DNA of 63,837 bases, counting the filler, from Reticulomyxa filosa (lineage: Eukaryota > Protista > Foraminifera): assembly GCA_000512085.1 (NCBI GenBank). It is 21 parts of 21 records of this genome, joined end to end, with 100 filler letters (N's around TTAATTAATTAA, not from the genome) between each part and the next. Parts side by side here need not be neighbours in the genome. Positions count along the whole stretch, not along the records: positions 1 to 1,389 come from ASPP01022583.1; positions 1,490 to 4,666 come from ASPP01027190.1; positions 4,767 to 6,477 come from ASPP01000987.1; positions 6,578 to 15,006 come from ASPP01003123.1; 17 more parts are not named here. One strand, given 5' to 3'. The notes beneath the pieces were generated by a model. It searched no databases. It was not told the DNA's origin and saw only the letters and a list, made by a program, of their open reading frames with translations. Both the position numbers and the translations under genes were made by a program. This document shows positions 1 to 11,650 of the stretch, one piece after another; the first letter of the stretch is position 1, and every line of letters begins with the position of its first letter.

Positions 1-179
1 AAAAATCGAAATTACGAATCAATAAGCCTTGAAAATAAACAACAACATAAACATCAACAGTTCGAGTTTACACATGCTATAGAGCCAGCCTTCCGTGGAC
101 AAGTAATTTTTTTTTTTTTTTTTTTTCCTCTCTTTTTGTTTGTGAAAGAAGGAAGGAAAAAATTCAGTGAGTATAATAT

Positions 180-527
180 ATGCTTCTTCGTAACGATGCA
201 CAAGAGATTTTGTTGGACATTCAGTCACGCTTTAATCTCTTGGGACAAGATAAACAATTTTTAGTATTGGCAATAGCGTCGCTGTTGTGTTCGTGCATAT
301 ATGGGTTTCTACTCGACGGATGGGTGAACGACGACGTGTTGGACAACCCGAGTATAGTGGCAAGAAGTGAGAACTTGTTTGCGTTCATAAGCGCCACAGT
401 CCACGCGATCTGTGCGCGATGGAGAGACAGTTTCGATACCACACAAAGCGTGCGCAAGAGAAGAAGGACAGCCTGCTTCCGTCGATGACGAGCGGTATCC
501 CGATCAATGACCATAATAGCAACAATG

Positions 528-569
<42 letters not shown>

Positions 570-572
570 TAT

Positions 573-619
<47 letters not shown>

Positions 620-1130
620 CGACGATAATCGACCATTGACAAGTCTAGAAATCGTGTGGTCACACAAATGTTCATTGCGTGCATACTTGATCTACAGCAG
701 CTTGGAGACAGTAGGGATCTTGTGTCTAAACTGGAGCCTGCACTTCTTGGACAAACATGTGTGTGCGATTTTCAAGTCGAACAAGATCATCTTGGTGTTG
801 ATCGGCGAGGTGTTTCTGTTAAAACGTGAGATCACCGGACTGGAAGTAAGCAGCATTTTGGGCGTGGCCATGTCCATGATGTTGGTCGCTTTGAGCGAGT
901 TGGACGAAGTCAAAATGTTCACTTCCGCTGGCATCCCTTTGATCTGTCTCGGCGTCATCTCCGCTGCTTCCGCGCCTGTCTTGGCCAAACATCACATCTT
1001 TGAGCGATACGCGCCTGAGCGCACCGAAGTCGTCTTCTTTCACAAATGTTTCACCAGCATTCTACTTATGTTTGGTGTCATGCCCCAAGTCAACTTTTTA
1101 TTCGCTAATGATTGGTTTGAACAAGTTCTG
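180..1130 (+). CDS. Partial multi-TM DMT/SLC35-like (nucleotide-sugar transporter-like) protein with poly-Asn insert; apparent frameshifts
   Basis: Hydrophobic helices; 'AIFKSNKIILVLIGEVFLLKREITGLEVSSILGVAMSMMLV' resembles the SLC35 'FKS.K...V.......K' region. Joining ORFs 180-488 and 507-1166 needs frame corrections near 455 and 570. Confidence 0.55.
527..616 (+). repeat. (AAT)n microsatellite encoding poly-Asn
   Basis: About 29 AAT units with one interruption. Confidence 0.95.
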
Positions 1131-1389
1131 ACAATTGCAACTCCCCTTTTTTTTTTTTTTAATTAAAAAAAATAAAAAATTGAAGTGCACTTTTATATGT
1201 ATATATAAAAAAAGGGCCCCTTTTTTTAAAAAAAAAAGTTGAAGTTTACTTTTTATCCCCTCTCAGCATAGACCCCCTTTTAAAAAAAAAAAAAAAAAAT
1301 ATGTACGAATAATTTTTTTTTTTTTGGTAACACCCTCCCCCCTCCTCCTTTCGCATAATATCAAATATGTACATATATATATATATATA

Positions 1390-1489
1390 NNNNNNNNNNN
1401 NNNNNNNNNNNNNNNNNNNNNNNNNNNNNNNNNTTAATTAATTAANNNNNNNNNNNNNNNNNNNNNNNNNNNNNNNNNNNNNNNNNNNN
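1390..1489. other. Artificial contig-joining spacer N44-TTAATTAATTAA-N44 (first of 20)
   Basis: Identical 100-nt spacer with stops in all six frames starts at 1390, 4667, 6478, 15007, 17456, 19523, 22087, 23988, 25254, 33375, 36153, 37519, 39532, 49451, 51783, 53187, 56163, 57629, 61080 and 62354. Confidence 0.99.
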
Positions 1490-1530
1490 GTCAGTAGTGA
1501 CATTGTGTATGTGTGTGCGTACATTTTCAG

Positions 1531-2429
1531 ATAAAAACCGAAGCACGGTATTATTTACAGCCTGTTGGTATTGTCAATATGAAGTGGCGGAGCTGTTAGT
1601 GCGATTTGGAGCTGATGTGAATCACACAAATATTAAAGGAAACAGTGCAATTCACATGTCATTGGAACAGAATGACCTTGAAACAGTGAAGTTATTAATA
1701 TTGAACAATGCAAACATTTCGACGAATGATCTGTATGCATTGATGGACAGAGTGAGCACTTTGACAATTGAACCGGACATAGTAAAATGTGTAAGTCGTG
1801 CGGAGTTGAAAGAAAACGATAACATTTGGTACCAACACCACGTTTTTGGGTTAGTTCGTGCCATTGTGAAAGAAAAGCAATACAATGGATTCAACAGCTG
1901 TCGATTGCAGCTGCAATTGCTGGCAAGCACATCTCCTGTCTTTTATCGCATTCGCAGAAGCGAATTGGAAACGGTACCCTTGCTATTGTGGGTCAGCGTT
2001 TTGGATGAATGCATCAAGCCCATTTTGGAGACTCAAGTCAAACCCTTGAGGGATTTAATCACCTCCAAACATACTTTGTTAAACAAATTTAAAAAATGGG
2101 ATGCCTTTTGGCTTGACCATTATCAGAGCCATGACAACTGCTACGACATGAAACACAAAGAAAATTACTATTTGCAAGACTTAAAACATGTTAAAATGAA
2201 ACAAAAGTCTGTTACATTGCAAAAAATTAATCGACTTATCAAAAAACACCCCCATAACGCCCCTTCCGATGATTCCAATGTTGCCGTTAAAAAAGACAGT
2301 GTAGACAAAAGCCAGAGCAACCATTGCAATACTGAACACTTGTGTGAGTATGCTAAACAACATGCTCACAAGTTTGACGTTGTCATGAACACAATGATTC
2401 AAACATTTCAAAATCGTAATTATGAATAA
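1531..2429 (+). CDS. Ankyrin-repeat protein, 3' exon (partial)
   Basis: 'STVLFTACWYCQYEVAELLVRFGADVNHTNIKGNSAIHMSLEQNDLETVKLLILNNANIS' is two ankyrin repeats; acceptor 'cattttcag' ends at 1530. Confidence 0.85.
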
Positions 2430-2675
2430 TGCATTTTATTTTTAAGGCTTTTGCTCCCCCTTTCGTAAGATTCTTGAGACTCGTGCTGTTTTTTGTTTGG
2501 GGAGTTGTAGTTATACATTCCTACACAACTGATTTGTTTTCGTTTGTTTTACTTAAAGGATAATACGTATTTAGCAGGCGCAACGCTTTTTGACTATTCA
2601 TTACTAAAATTTTTAAATGATAATGTTACAATTTTTGTGTTAATTAAACTTAACTTACATAATTTAAAAAAATTG

Positions 2676-4287
2676 ATGGCTTGGAAGCCGTTTAAAAAAG
2701 AAATTTTTAAAAGGGTAAATGCACATTATTCCGAACTGGGTAACTGTGTGGTCCCCTTCGTTGAAAAGCAAAGAGGACCAAAGATTGAGCCTTTTAAAAT
2801 GAATAAAAGTACATCCGCAAGCGTACTTATCATTACCGGAGCACCTAATAACAAAGGGCGATTGGTGCTCGAAAATGTGAATATTTTGAAAGACACGGTT
2901 AGAGAAATTAAAGAAAGAGTGTGGAGGGAAGGATTGAGTAATGGCAAGATGCCAGCAAATCAATTTTTGTTTCATGTGCTTAATACCATGCTAATTTACA
3001 ACGGAAACCCATTAGAAAATCAACAAGTTAAAAAAAGGGAGAGGGGGGAAAAAAACAACAACAAAAAAAGAGAGCCTGTTGTAGTGATATGTCATTCTTC
3101 TGGAGCAACTCCAGCAAATACCTTGCACACACAATAAAAAAAAAGGAAAAATTAGTGTCTTGTGGAGTTTATGGGAAAAAGATAACGATGGGACTTAAAA
3201 TTGGCGTGGTTGGGGGGATGTTGGCGAACACTAGTTCCGGCGACATGGACAAAAAAGAAGGTAATACTGCTCCAGGACAGACGACTACATCGGGCTTGCG
3301 ACAGGCTGATTTCAGCCATCCAGATCTAAAACAAAGTAATGCCGATGACATCCTCGGCTTGGATACAAAAGGCGAAGAGAATGTCAAGATGCCATGTGGA
3401 GATACGTTTTCTCCAAGTACTTTGATGGAATACGTTACAAGTTAAGCTCTTTTTTTTTTAGAAGCAAAAAAAAAAATGCAAAAAGTGAAGGTGTAAAAAG
3501 AAAGGAGTAAAGCACAACTCCCTCTTAACTTTTTTGAATCTGTCAATCTTTTTTTTTGTCCATATATAGCGTGTATGTGATATGTGTTTGATCTGTATTA
3601 GATCAATTAAAAATAGGTAAGACTCCAATTACTTGCCCGTCGCTGAAATGCAAAAAAGAGTGGTCATTTTCAGCGATACAGTGTGCAACGGGGATGTCGC
3701 TAGATGAAGCCTCTACGTATCACGATTGGATAGAAAAATTGTCAAAGAATCCAAACTTTAAAAAATGCCCCTTTTGCAAGATAGGTCTGATAAAAATAGA
3801 GCCGGTCACCGAGAGAGTGCGTTGTCCCAATCCACAGTGCAGCGGAGCTTATTTCTGCTGGAATTGTCTGATGCCGTGGCAAGACCTTCATCAATGCAGC
3901 AATTATGATGAACAAAATACTTGTCTACGTACCTGCAAAAATGTTATCATTGAGGGAGCTAGATGGGCTCCACAAACGCGTGCTTGTCCGAATTGTTCAA
4001 CAGTTTCAGGCTCTTTTTTTTTAAAGTTAAAAAATAGAAGATGCTGAAAAAAAAGAAAGCTATGTTTGTGTCTTTTTTTTTAATCGATTCAGTTATTGGA
4101 ATACAAAGATCGTTGTAAGCACATGACGTGCCCCTTTTGCAAACATCAATTTTGCTTCATTTGCTTGAGCACCTGGAATAACGCATGTCCCCTAGGGAAC
4201 GCATGCAAAGCTCATCCTATACAACAGTTGCCACTTCCAAAAAAAAAATTAAAAAAGTGCAATGTATTGTTTAATGGAATTTTTTAA
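2676..4287 (+). CDS. Ubiquitin-like domain + RBR (degenerate RING1-IBR-RING2) E3 ligase, 4 exons
   Basis: Ubl motifs 'DTVREIKERV', 'LIYNGNPLEN' and end 'VVGG'. IBR 'KKCPFC...RVRCPNPQC...FCWNCLMPWQDLHQC'. RING2 'RACPNC...CKHMTCPFCKHQFCFICL' with catalytic Cys. Introns ~3027-3145, 3441-3601, 4003-4092. Confidence 0.85.
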
Positions 4288-4527
4288 TCAAATATTGAAT
4301 TGTTTTATTTTAGTAATCTTATCAAAGTAACTGTTATTTTTGCTAGTTTGAGAAAAAAAATGCTTTATTCTCGTTGCTTAACAAAAAAATATCTAAAAAG
4401 AGTGTCGCTTAGAGCTCGACACTCATGCTGTCAACTACAAAGCTCAAAGTTTTGTCGCGTGTTAGACGCGTGTCGAAGTCTCAGATTTTTTTTTATAAAA
4501 AAAACTCATCAAAATTGACATTAACTC

Positions 4528-4666
4528 TGTAGGAAGTCTACAGTGAAGAGCTTCACTAAATGTAATACGAAATAGTGTTACTCTCAATGAGAGTGACTTT
4601 CAGTAAATAAAAGTAAATTAAAGAATAAATCAAAGACAAAAGAAGTAAGAGAGAAAACAAGTAAGA
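4528..4666 (-). mobile_element. Terminal part of dispersed TGTAGG...CCTACA repeat (solo-LTR/MITE-like)
   Basis: 'tgtaggaagtctacagtgaagagcttcactaaatgtaatacgaaa' recurs at 33359 and 53147; its reverse complement matches 46539-46557. Confidence 0.75.
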
Positions 4667-5136
4667 NNNNNNNNNNNNNNNNNNNNNNNNNNNNNNNNNN
4701 NNNNNNNNNNTTAATTAATTAANNNNNNNNNNNNNNNNNNNNNNNNNNNNNNNNNNNNNNNNNNNNTAGACTCCCCACACTGGGCTGCGCTTTTCATGTC
4801 ATTCTTTTAATCCATAATATTGAGATAGCACACTTGCTAAGCACGTACATGTAGGTGAGAGCAGGGCATAGATCACCATTTATCTCAAAATCTCTGTCCA
4901 CTAGTTTGAGTTTGATCTTAGTGATATGATGTGATGTTGATTTTTTTTAGCATATATTAAAAAATTCAATTAGTAATTGAAGCTTAATGAAAACACAAAT
5001 GGTCAAATAAAACTTTTAAAATAGTATAAGTGTACTTCTACTTCCAATGAGGTCATAATGGCTATAGTGTTTCCTTTTTCTTTTTAATTTAATTAAACAC
5101 ATTAGCTTTCTCTTTTCCCACAAGACTCCAGATTCT

Positions 5137-5232
5137 TGTAGGAGCTCCTGTAAAGTAAAAGGGGCTGATGAGCCCCCGGTGGGTTAAACTTTCCCAACTC
5201 TTCACACAACATTTCTTGTGTTTTTCCTTTTA
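5137..5232 (+). mobile_element. Left part of the same dispersed repeat family
   Basis: 'tgtaggag...aaaggggctgatgagcccccggtgggttaaacttt' closely matches 46331-46400. Confidence 0.7.
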
Positions 5233-5288
5233 AAGAATACTCTATCTTTTTGTCGTTAGATTTCCTAAAAATCAAGTGATAAATAAAT

Positions 5289-6248
5289 ATGTCTGTAGAT
5301 GAAAAACAGTCAACTGCAGATACAACCTCAAGCACGTTATCAAAGGTAGAGCAAACAAGTCTTTTTATGGCAGCAGGACGAGCGATTGAGTCCCGAAAGC
5401 CAGAAAGCGAAAGAGCTTTTTACGATCCTTATGCGGAGATATTTGCAGGAACAAGAGGCTTTGAGCAATTGGATCGAATCATAAAGACATTGAAAATTCC
5501 AAAACCAGAGATGTTCCATGCTCATATAACATTTCGAACAAAATACTTTGATGACATGATTAAAGCAGCAGTGGGAAAGATTGAAAAAAAATGCGAAGAA
5601 AAAGGTATAAAGAAACTTCCAAAATTACAAGTGGTGATTTTGGGAGTGGGTTGTGATACCCGCAGTTATCGTTTGGACATTTTGAAAGGCTGTCACGTGT
5701 TCGAAGTGGACATGGGGGATGTGATCAAATTTCGTGAAGAAATCTTGGCTCACAAATGCAAGGCAAAGACTGAGGCCATAATCAAAAGCGTTGCTGGAGA
5801 CCTAAATGACTTGGAAAAATTTAATTTGGGAGATGCTTTGATCAAGCAAGGCTATGACACAGACAACTCGGTGAGTATTTGGATATGTGAAGGGTTGATC
5901 TCGTACCTTTCGTCCTCCTCGCTGGATCGCGTCTTCCGATTGGCGAGTGACACGCTATGTTGCAAAAATGAAACTTGGAAGGATTTAAACTTGAATTGGT
6001 TTGTTGCTAATTGTTTGAATGAAAACACTCCGGTGGAAGATCATCTGCAACAGAGCTTGAATGTCACTTTCAAAAGCTCATTCAAAACTCCTCATGTGCT
6101 TTTAGAAAAATATGGCTACAAGGAGTGGAGTGTTGTACCGAGTGGTGGAAAATGCAAGGATTATAAAAATGACTATTTGAAACAAGTAGAAAATAGTGCC
6201 AATGTGCGAGAATTGGCCATTTCTTTCTTCTTTTATGGTTGTAAGTAA
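5289..6248 (+). CDS. Class I SAM-dependent methyltransferase, LCM/Ppm1-like (mycobacterial-type) family, intronless
   Basis: 'TSLFMAAGRAIES', 'DPYAEIFAG', 'RTKYFDD', 'QVVILGVGCDTRSYRL', 'FEVD', 'WICEGLISYL'. Confidence 0.9.
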   Translation: MSVDEKQSTADTTSSTLSKVEQTSLFMAAGRAIESRKPESERAFYDPYAEIFAGTRGFEQLDRIIKTLKIPKPEMFHAHITFRTKYFDDMIKAAVGKIEKKCEEKGIKKLPKLQVVILGVGCDTRSYRLDILKGCHVFEVDMGDVIKFREEILAHKCKAKTEAIIKSVAGDLNDLEKFNLGDALIKQGYDTDNSVSIWICEGLISYLSSSSLDRVFRLASDTLCCKNETWKDLNLNWFVANCLNENTPVEDHLQQSLNVTFKSSFKTPHVLLEKYGYKEWSVVPSGGKCKDYKNDYLKQVENSANVRELAISFFFYGCK

Positions 6249-7764
6249 ACTATTTTTTTTTTAAAAAATATTTTCAAACTAATGTAAACTATGAAATTGT
6301 AGCTTTTTTCGTATAATGTTTGCTGCGATCTTCAGTTTTTTAAGATCGTGTTTAGTTGCTAAGTTAATTAGAAATAATGGTAGCATCTTTTTGAAGTCCA
6401 TGAACTCATTTGTCAATTCCAATAATGTGTTGTTTTCCTACAACTTCAAAACATCCTACAAAACGGAAAAAAAAAAANNNNNNNNNNNNNNNNNNNNNNN
6501 NNNNNNNNNNNNNNNNNNNNNTTAATTAATTAANNNNNNNNNNNNNNNNNNNNNNNNNNNNNNNNNNNNNNNNNNNNGTCTGATATAGATTTAATAAAAA
6601 AGTTTTTGTTACAAAAAAAAAGTCATAAATACAAGAGATAAGATAGTGTCATTTGTTCACAAAATTATTTTTACTTTAGCTCTTTTCAATAAAGATATAC
6701 AAGTCAAATAAAAAAGCATCCTTTTTTTTGCAAACTACTGTATAACACCACACATTTTTGAAGAAAAAAAAAGGGAAAAATCAACGTCAAATCACTTTTA
6801 AAATAATAAAAGTTTTTGTATAAAATCTTAATTATGATTAAAGCTATGACAACAAATTAATCACTAGCCCTAATTTTTAAAGTTTAAATTAATTGGAAAT
6901 TTTTAAGACAAAAGATATTTTAATTTTTGTGTGTTAATCATTACTTTTTTTTGCGCTGTAATATATTACATTCCAATCGAACGTTTTCTGTTGTCTTATT
7001 TCAAACACTTTTGGAACGTTCGTCTTCTGTCAATTAAATTGTTATATATTCTCACGTCCATCACAATGTAACTTCATTGCATTATTTGCAATTTGCAAAG
7101 ATTAATGTGTTTGGTGTTTGCTGTTTGTTGGTGAACGAAGTTCAGCATTTGTTGTAGCAGATAGAACTTGAAAAGGTTTACATTTTTTTCTTTTCCTTCC
7201 ACGCTCAAATCTAACGTGATTTTTACAAAGTTTTTTCTTTCTCACAGTTTTATTTAAGAAGAGGAATTGTATTAGCCTTAAAAAAGTGGACTGATACTTT
7301 TTTTAGAAAATGAACCATAAAATCGAAAAACAATGAATAAAAGATGCATTTTTTGGAAATGTAGAACACAACAGTCTGTGATTCCTTGGTTTACTTGTTT
7401 TTCTTCTTTCTTAAAGAATTCGTTAATTTCTTTTTCCTTTCGAAACTAACCAACTTTCGTTAGTCATTAGTTTATTTATAAAAAAAATGAAAGCAAATTT
7501 CGACTTTGTTTTTTTGCGAGATCATCAAAATACGGACAATTGAAAACTGTTTTGTTAATCTCACCAATAAACTTTTTCTTTCTGGACTTAAGTAAAATGA
7601 TTTTTATGCTGGCAATCAATACTATAACCTTATAATAAAAATCTAATTTTGTTTTCCTAGTCAAATCATACACTTTTTCTTTACTTTAAAAGGATAACTT
7701 TTTTTATGTACTTCCCCCTTTTAAAAAACTCTAAACTACTTCATTATTCTTCAACATTAATAAC

Positions 7765-8962
7765 ATGAGCAACCAAGACTTTCAACTTTTGAAAGAGTTG
7801 CCCACTCCATTTCATCAAGTTCAATGTGTGCTACACAAACACGAACTCATTATTTGTGGAGGTAAATATGAAAGAGCTTGTTATTTTTATCATACAATCG
7901 AAAACGAATACAAGTTTATCTGTGATTATCCAAGTGATGTTCAATTATATGAACACTGTGTAGTGAAATTGAAAAATAATAACAATGACAATTACCAAAT
8001 CACTTTGTTATCTTTTGGTGGAAGTGGATATTTAAAAAGACATACATTGATGATGAAATATGTAAGTGTCTGGAATAACATATCAAACAAACAAATGAAC
8101 TCAACAATTACAATCAATGGGCTCCTTTCATGCAATCATGATCATCAATTATCATTGGAAGATTGCATTAATTGGTGGAAGCAACAATAATTTGTTATTT
8201 ATTACTTATCCAAATAATATTAGTGTATTTGATTTAAATACATTTCAATTTATTAAACATGATGATTTAGTAACTGATCATTATCATTGCTTTGTATCAA
8301 ATTCAAAAAATATACAAAGGCAACAAGTGATGAAGACAAATAAAAAAAATAATAAAATGATACTTTTTTGTAAAATGAAAGGATTATCAATTGAATGTGA
8401 TGAAGGTAATAACACTTTTGAATATCGTCGACTACTAGTTTATGATGATATTAAAAATTTCCATAAATATGCATATGTGTATCAATGATATTATCTTATT
8501 TTTTGGTGGACATTATAATAGAATTGATTATAAATATGAGAATGGTTTTGTTTCAAAATCAGTGTATAAGTACTTAATTTGAAAAAACAAATGGACAACA
8601 TTTCAAAACATTTTACCAAATCCATTATATGATTTTATTGTAATATTGAATGAAAAAGACATGATATATACATCATTGGAGGAGAAGATAATAGATATGC
8701 AAAAGTATCAACGCACATGAAGACTAAAGTACGTGTATGTGATATTTCACAGTTAGTAATAATTTGTTTATTTATTATTTTGATGAAATACAAATAAATT
8801 GTATTGTATGAAATATTAAATAATAAACAGTCAAAAAATGAAATGAAGTGTATTATTGAATATTGGATTCGAACTTTAAAGATAAAATTAGGATGGATCG
8901 AGGATTTTAATAAAATTATTATAAATATAGTAGATGAAATCAATTTTAAGAGACAAAATTAA
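7765..8962 (+). pseudogene. Kelch-like beta-propeller gene with several frameshifts and a C-terminal KIKLGW-module exon
   Basis: Kelch-like GG motifs ('ELIICGG', 'TLLSFGG', 'ALIGGSNN', 'IYIIGGED') spread over several frames; intron 8756-8830; last exon 'SKNEMKCIIEYWIRTLKIKLGWIEDFNKIIINIVDEINFKRQN*'. Confidence 0.8.
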
Positions 8963-9779
8963 AATATTGTTAACCATGCTATTTTTAAATATGGTTTTGA
9001 TTTTGGTTTTATTTCATAATAATCAATTTTTAAAAAGATTTTCAAAAAATATTATATAAAGTTAACAAATTATGCAATAAATATTTTATAAATGCTTAAC
9101 AAAAGATTTTAATATTTATGAGATATAGTATAATCTTTGCCACTGGCTATTTATAAAAAATAATACATTAGTTTGCAAAAAAATATGACACCGAAAATGC
9201 CACTTTATTAAGATTTTTTTTGTACAGTTTGAAAAATTATTATGTTACCACTTTCTTTTGGCGTCGATATTTATTTTGGGCATGAATTCAATTAAGTTTT
9301 TTTGCTTGGTTTAAATAATAGATAAAAAAACCAAAAATTGGTCAAAAATGGGTTGCTACGTGCAAAAAAAAACATGAAATTGATTTGTAGTTAATCATCT
9401 AAAAGGTTTTTGTTTAAAAATATAATGTAATCTTTTTTTATATTAAAAATGAAATTATTTTTCAAGTGAACCTTTTTTGTATTGACATCATGCTGACTCT
9501 GATAAGCAAAAAAAATTCATATCCTAGTGAAAAATTTTTTTATAGTGATATAAAATTTTTTGTAGTTGTGAGATTATGGCTGTAAACTATTTTATTACCA
9601 TTTGGCAACTGTTTTTGTTGCAGTTCATTTTTGGGGGGCTTCGTCGTCGGTTCAGCATCTTGTGACTGTGAGATGTGGAAGTGCTTTAAAACTTATGTTC
9701 ATACAATGGTGCCAGTCCAAGTTTATCCACGTATAATCTATTATACAAGACCATTATTCGTCCTAGTCCCGAGTATGCA

Positions 9780-10830
9780 TCAGCATTTGCGATTCAATTG
9801 TCATAATCTTGTAATGGAATGAATCCCCATTTGAGATGAAATTTTGTTATCATTGGATTTGATTGCATTTTGAAAGAAGTACATTCCCAAATCATTCAGG
9901 ATCAATATTTACCAATGGTTGGAGTTAGAATATCCAATTAATAGCATTACAACAAACATTGGATCTATTGGGTTAATAATACTCGCAAGAAAGCTTGGCA
10001 ATTGCAACCAGATTTGATTCAACATCATAAATCAGCGACATTCCCGAATAATCACTGATTAAATCCATTCTTTACATAGCAATGTAATATATATTGGATT
10101 TGCGAATGAATAGATATTCCAAGACATGCAATGCCACGATATTTCTTATCTAATCTGATGGAGATCAACCATTTGAAAAGATTGTATTACATTCATTGAT
10201 ATTTAACAATCAAATGATCAAAAATAGTGTACAAGCATTAATTGATTCTTTGGTTGTATTATTTAACTGGAGTTTCAAGATTGTATATGTCCCAAAACTA
10301 TGGAAACGGCAAATATTGTTCCAATTCCAAAACCAGATCGACCATAGCATCCGCAAGAATTACAGACCAATCTCATTATTATCTGGAGTTGAAAGAATAA
10401 TAACAATGAGATTAATTAATGTTGTATTTAAATGAAAACAAGTTATTGCACCAATGCCAAGCAGGATTCCATTTATTCATCCTTTAATATAATGGCTGAT
10501 CATGTGAAATATTTGGAATTGATTGTGGATCAACAAATGACTGTCCAGCAATAAATCAACTATGTTTACGGCAAAGCAGCAAAGAAACTTGTATATTTAA
10601 CTTCCATATGTTTATAATCTATTATACACAACAATTATCAGACCATCACTGAAATATGCCTGTGCATTCTGGAATGGAGCTGCATAATCACACAAAAAAA
10701 GATTAGAAAGTATTCAAATAGTTTCAATGTGCAGAATTCTTGGTATTATGAAATCGACAGCGTATGACACAGTGAATGTAATATCACAGACTCCACCATT
10801 GGAATTACGAAGACAACAAGAAGAAGCGAA
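9780..10830 (+). mobile_element. Decayed, internally deleted non-LTR retrotransposon (APE endonuclease + RT remnants)
   Basis: Remnant 'D(F)NCHN' APE motif at ~9790; 'PIPKP...KNYRPISLLSGV..ERIITMRL', 'QAGF', 'VKYLELIVDQQMT', 'YTTIIRPSLKYACAFWNGA', 'PPLELRRQQ'. Many stops and frameshifts. Confidence 0.85.
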
Positions 10831-11190
10831 ACGAAAGATCGTGATCTCTGTCATGGACAACGAGTTTCTGTAGACTACTTGTGGATTGTATCGACTGTGA
10901 AGAAAATTTTTTGTATATGTATGGATCGCTCATATTAACCTATAAACGTCAAAGATCGAACGAAAAGACGATTTGACACATATACTCATTTGCAAATATT
11001 CGGCATCATGATGATCACTATTGTTCAACAAATAAATTATGTATTCACACACTAATCCACATATTAGTTGTATATCTTGCTCCAAATCTTTAGCCATAGT
11101 ATCTTTCGTTAACAAGAATTACAATACGCTTAAAAGGGTATGTGTATTTTTCTCTACTTAATCAAAACTCTTCATCAACATATAGGATCC

Positions 11191-11650
11191 AACATGAATC
11201 GTACAACATCCTGTCGGGGACCATGCCTCTAAGTCTCCACAAGAGCAAGAGCTGCTTTCAATAAAGTACGCCTTGTTATGTCCAATATGCTTCGAATGTG
11301 CATAGCAATCACTACATTGATCACGATATATATCAGATGCACAAGTCTTGCATCGAAATTATAGTATTTTCTTGTACGCATTTGCACATGCTCCTTGGGG
11401 TGAATCTTTCAAAAATATTTACGTCTTCCACTTGCCAATGCTTTCACCCACTCAAAGTATGTCAGATATTTGCTTGTGCTCTGACGAAACCGCAGCAAAA
11501 ACTTGCAAGCTTTTTCAAAAAAATAAAAAATGACGATGTGATCAATAGAAAAAATTTGAAACTCCAGTTTTCTCCGTCCCTTTTGAAGGAGAAGATGCAA
11601 AGAAACGTATTGAGCCTTGTTCTGGGCCTTTCGATAAAAAATTTTTGGCA
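11191..11650 (-). pseudogene. Degenerate UBR-box (N-recognin zinc finger) gene fragment
   Basis: Minus strand 11358-11191 reads 'FRCKTCASDIYRDQCSDCYAHSKHIGHNKAYFIESSSCSCGDLEAWSPTGCCTIHV', matching UBR-box C..C...C..C...H.GH...C.CGD.EAW...C..H; stops and frameshifts flank it. Confidence 0.75.

Noticed and set aside
221-667. Poly-Leu/Ile membrane protein ORF
   Set aside because: Alternative reading of the AAT microsatellite.
1434-1445. Recurrent TTAATTAATTAA palindrome as a biological repeat or CRISPR-like array
   Set aside because: Always centred in 44+44 Ns; it is an artificial six-frame-stop linker.
5161-5192. Hammerhead ribozyme (CTGATGA here, CTGACGA at ~46372) in the repeat
   Set aside because: The required GAAA after stem II is TAAA, stems I and III are not evident, the 42308 copy lacks the core, and a simple GGGGCT/AGCCCC hairpin explains the sequence.
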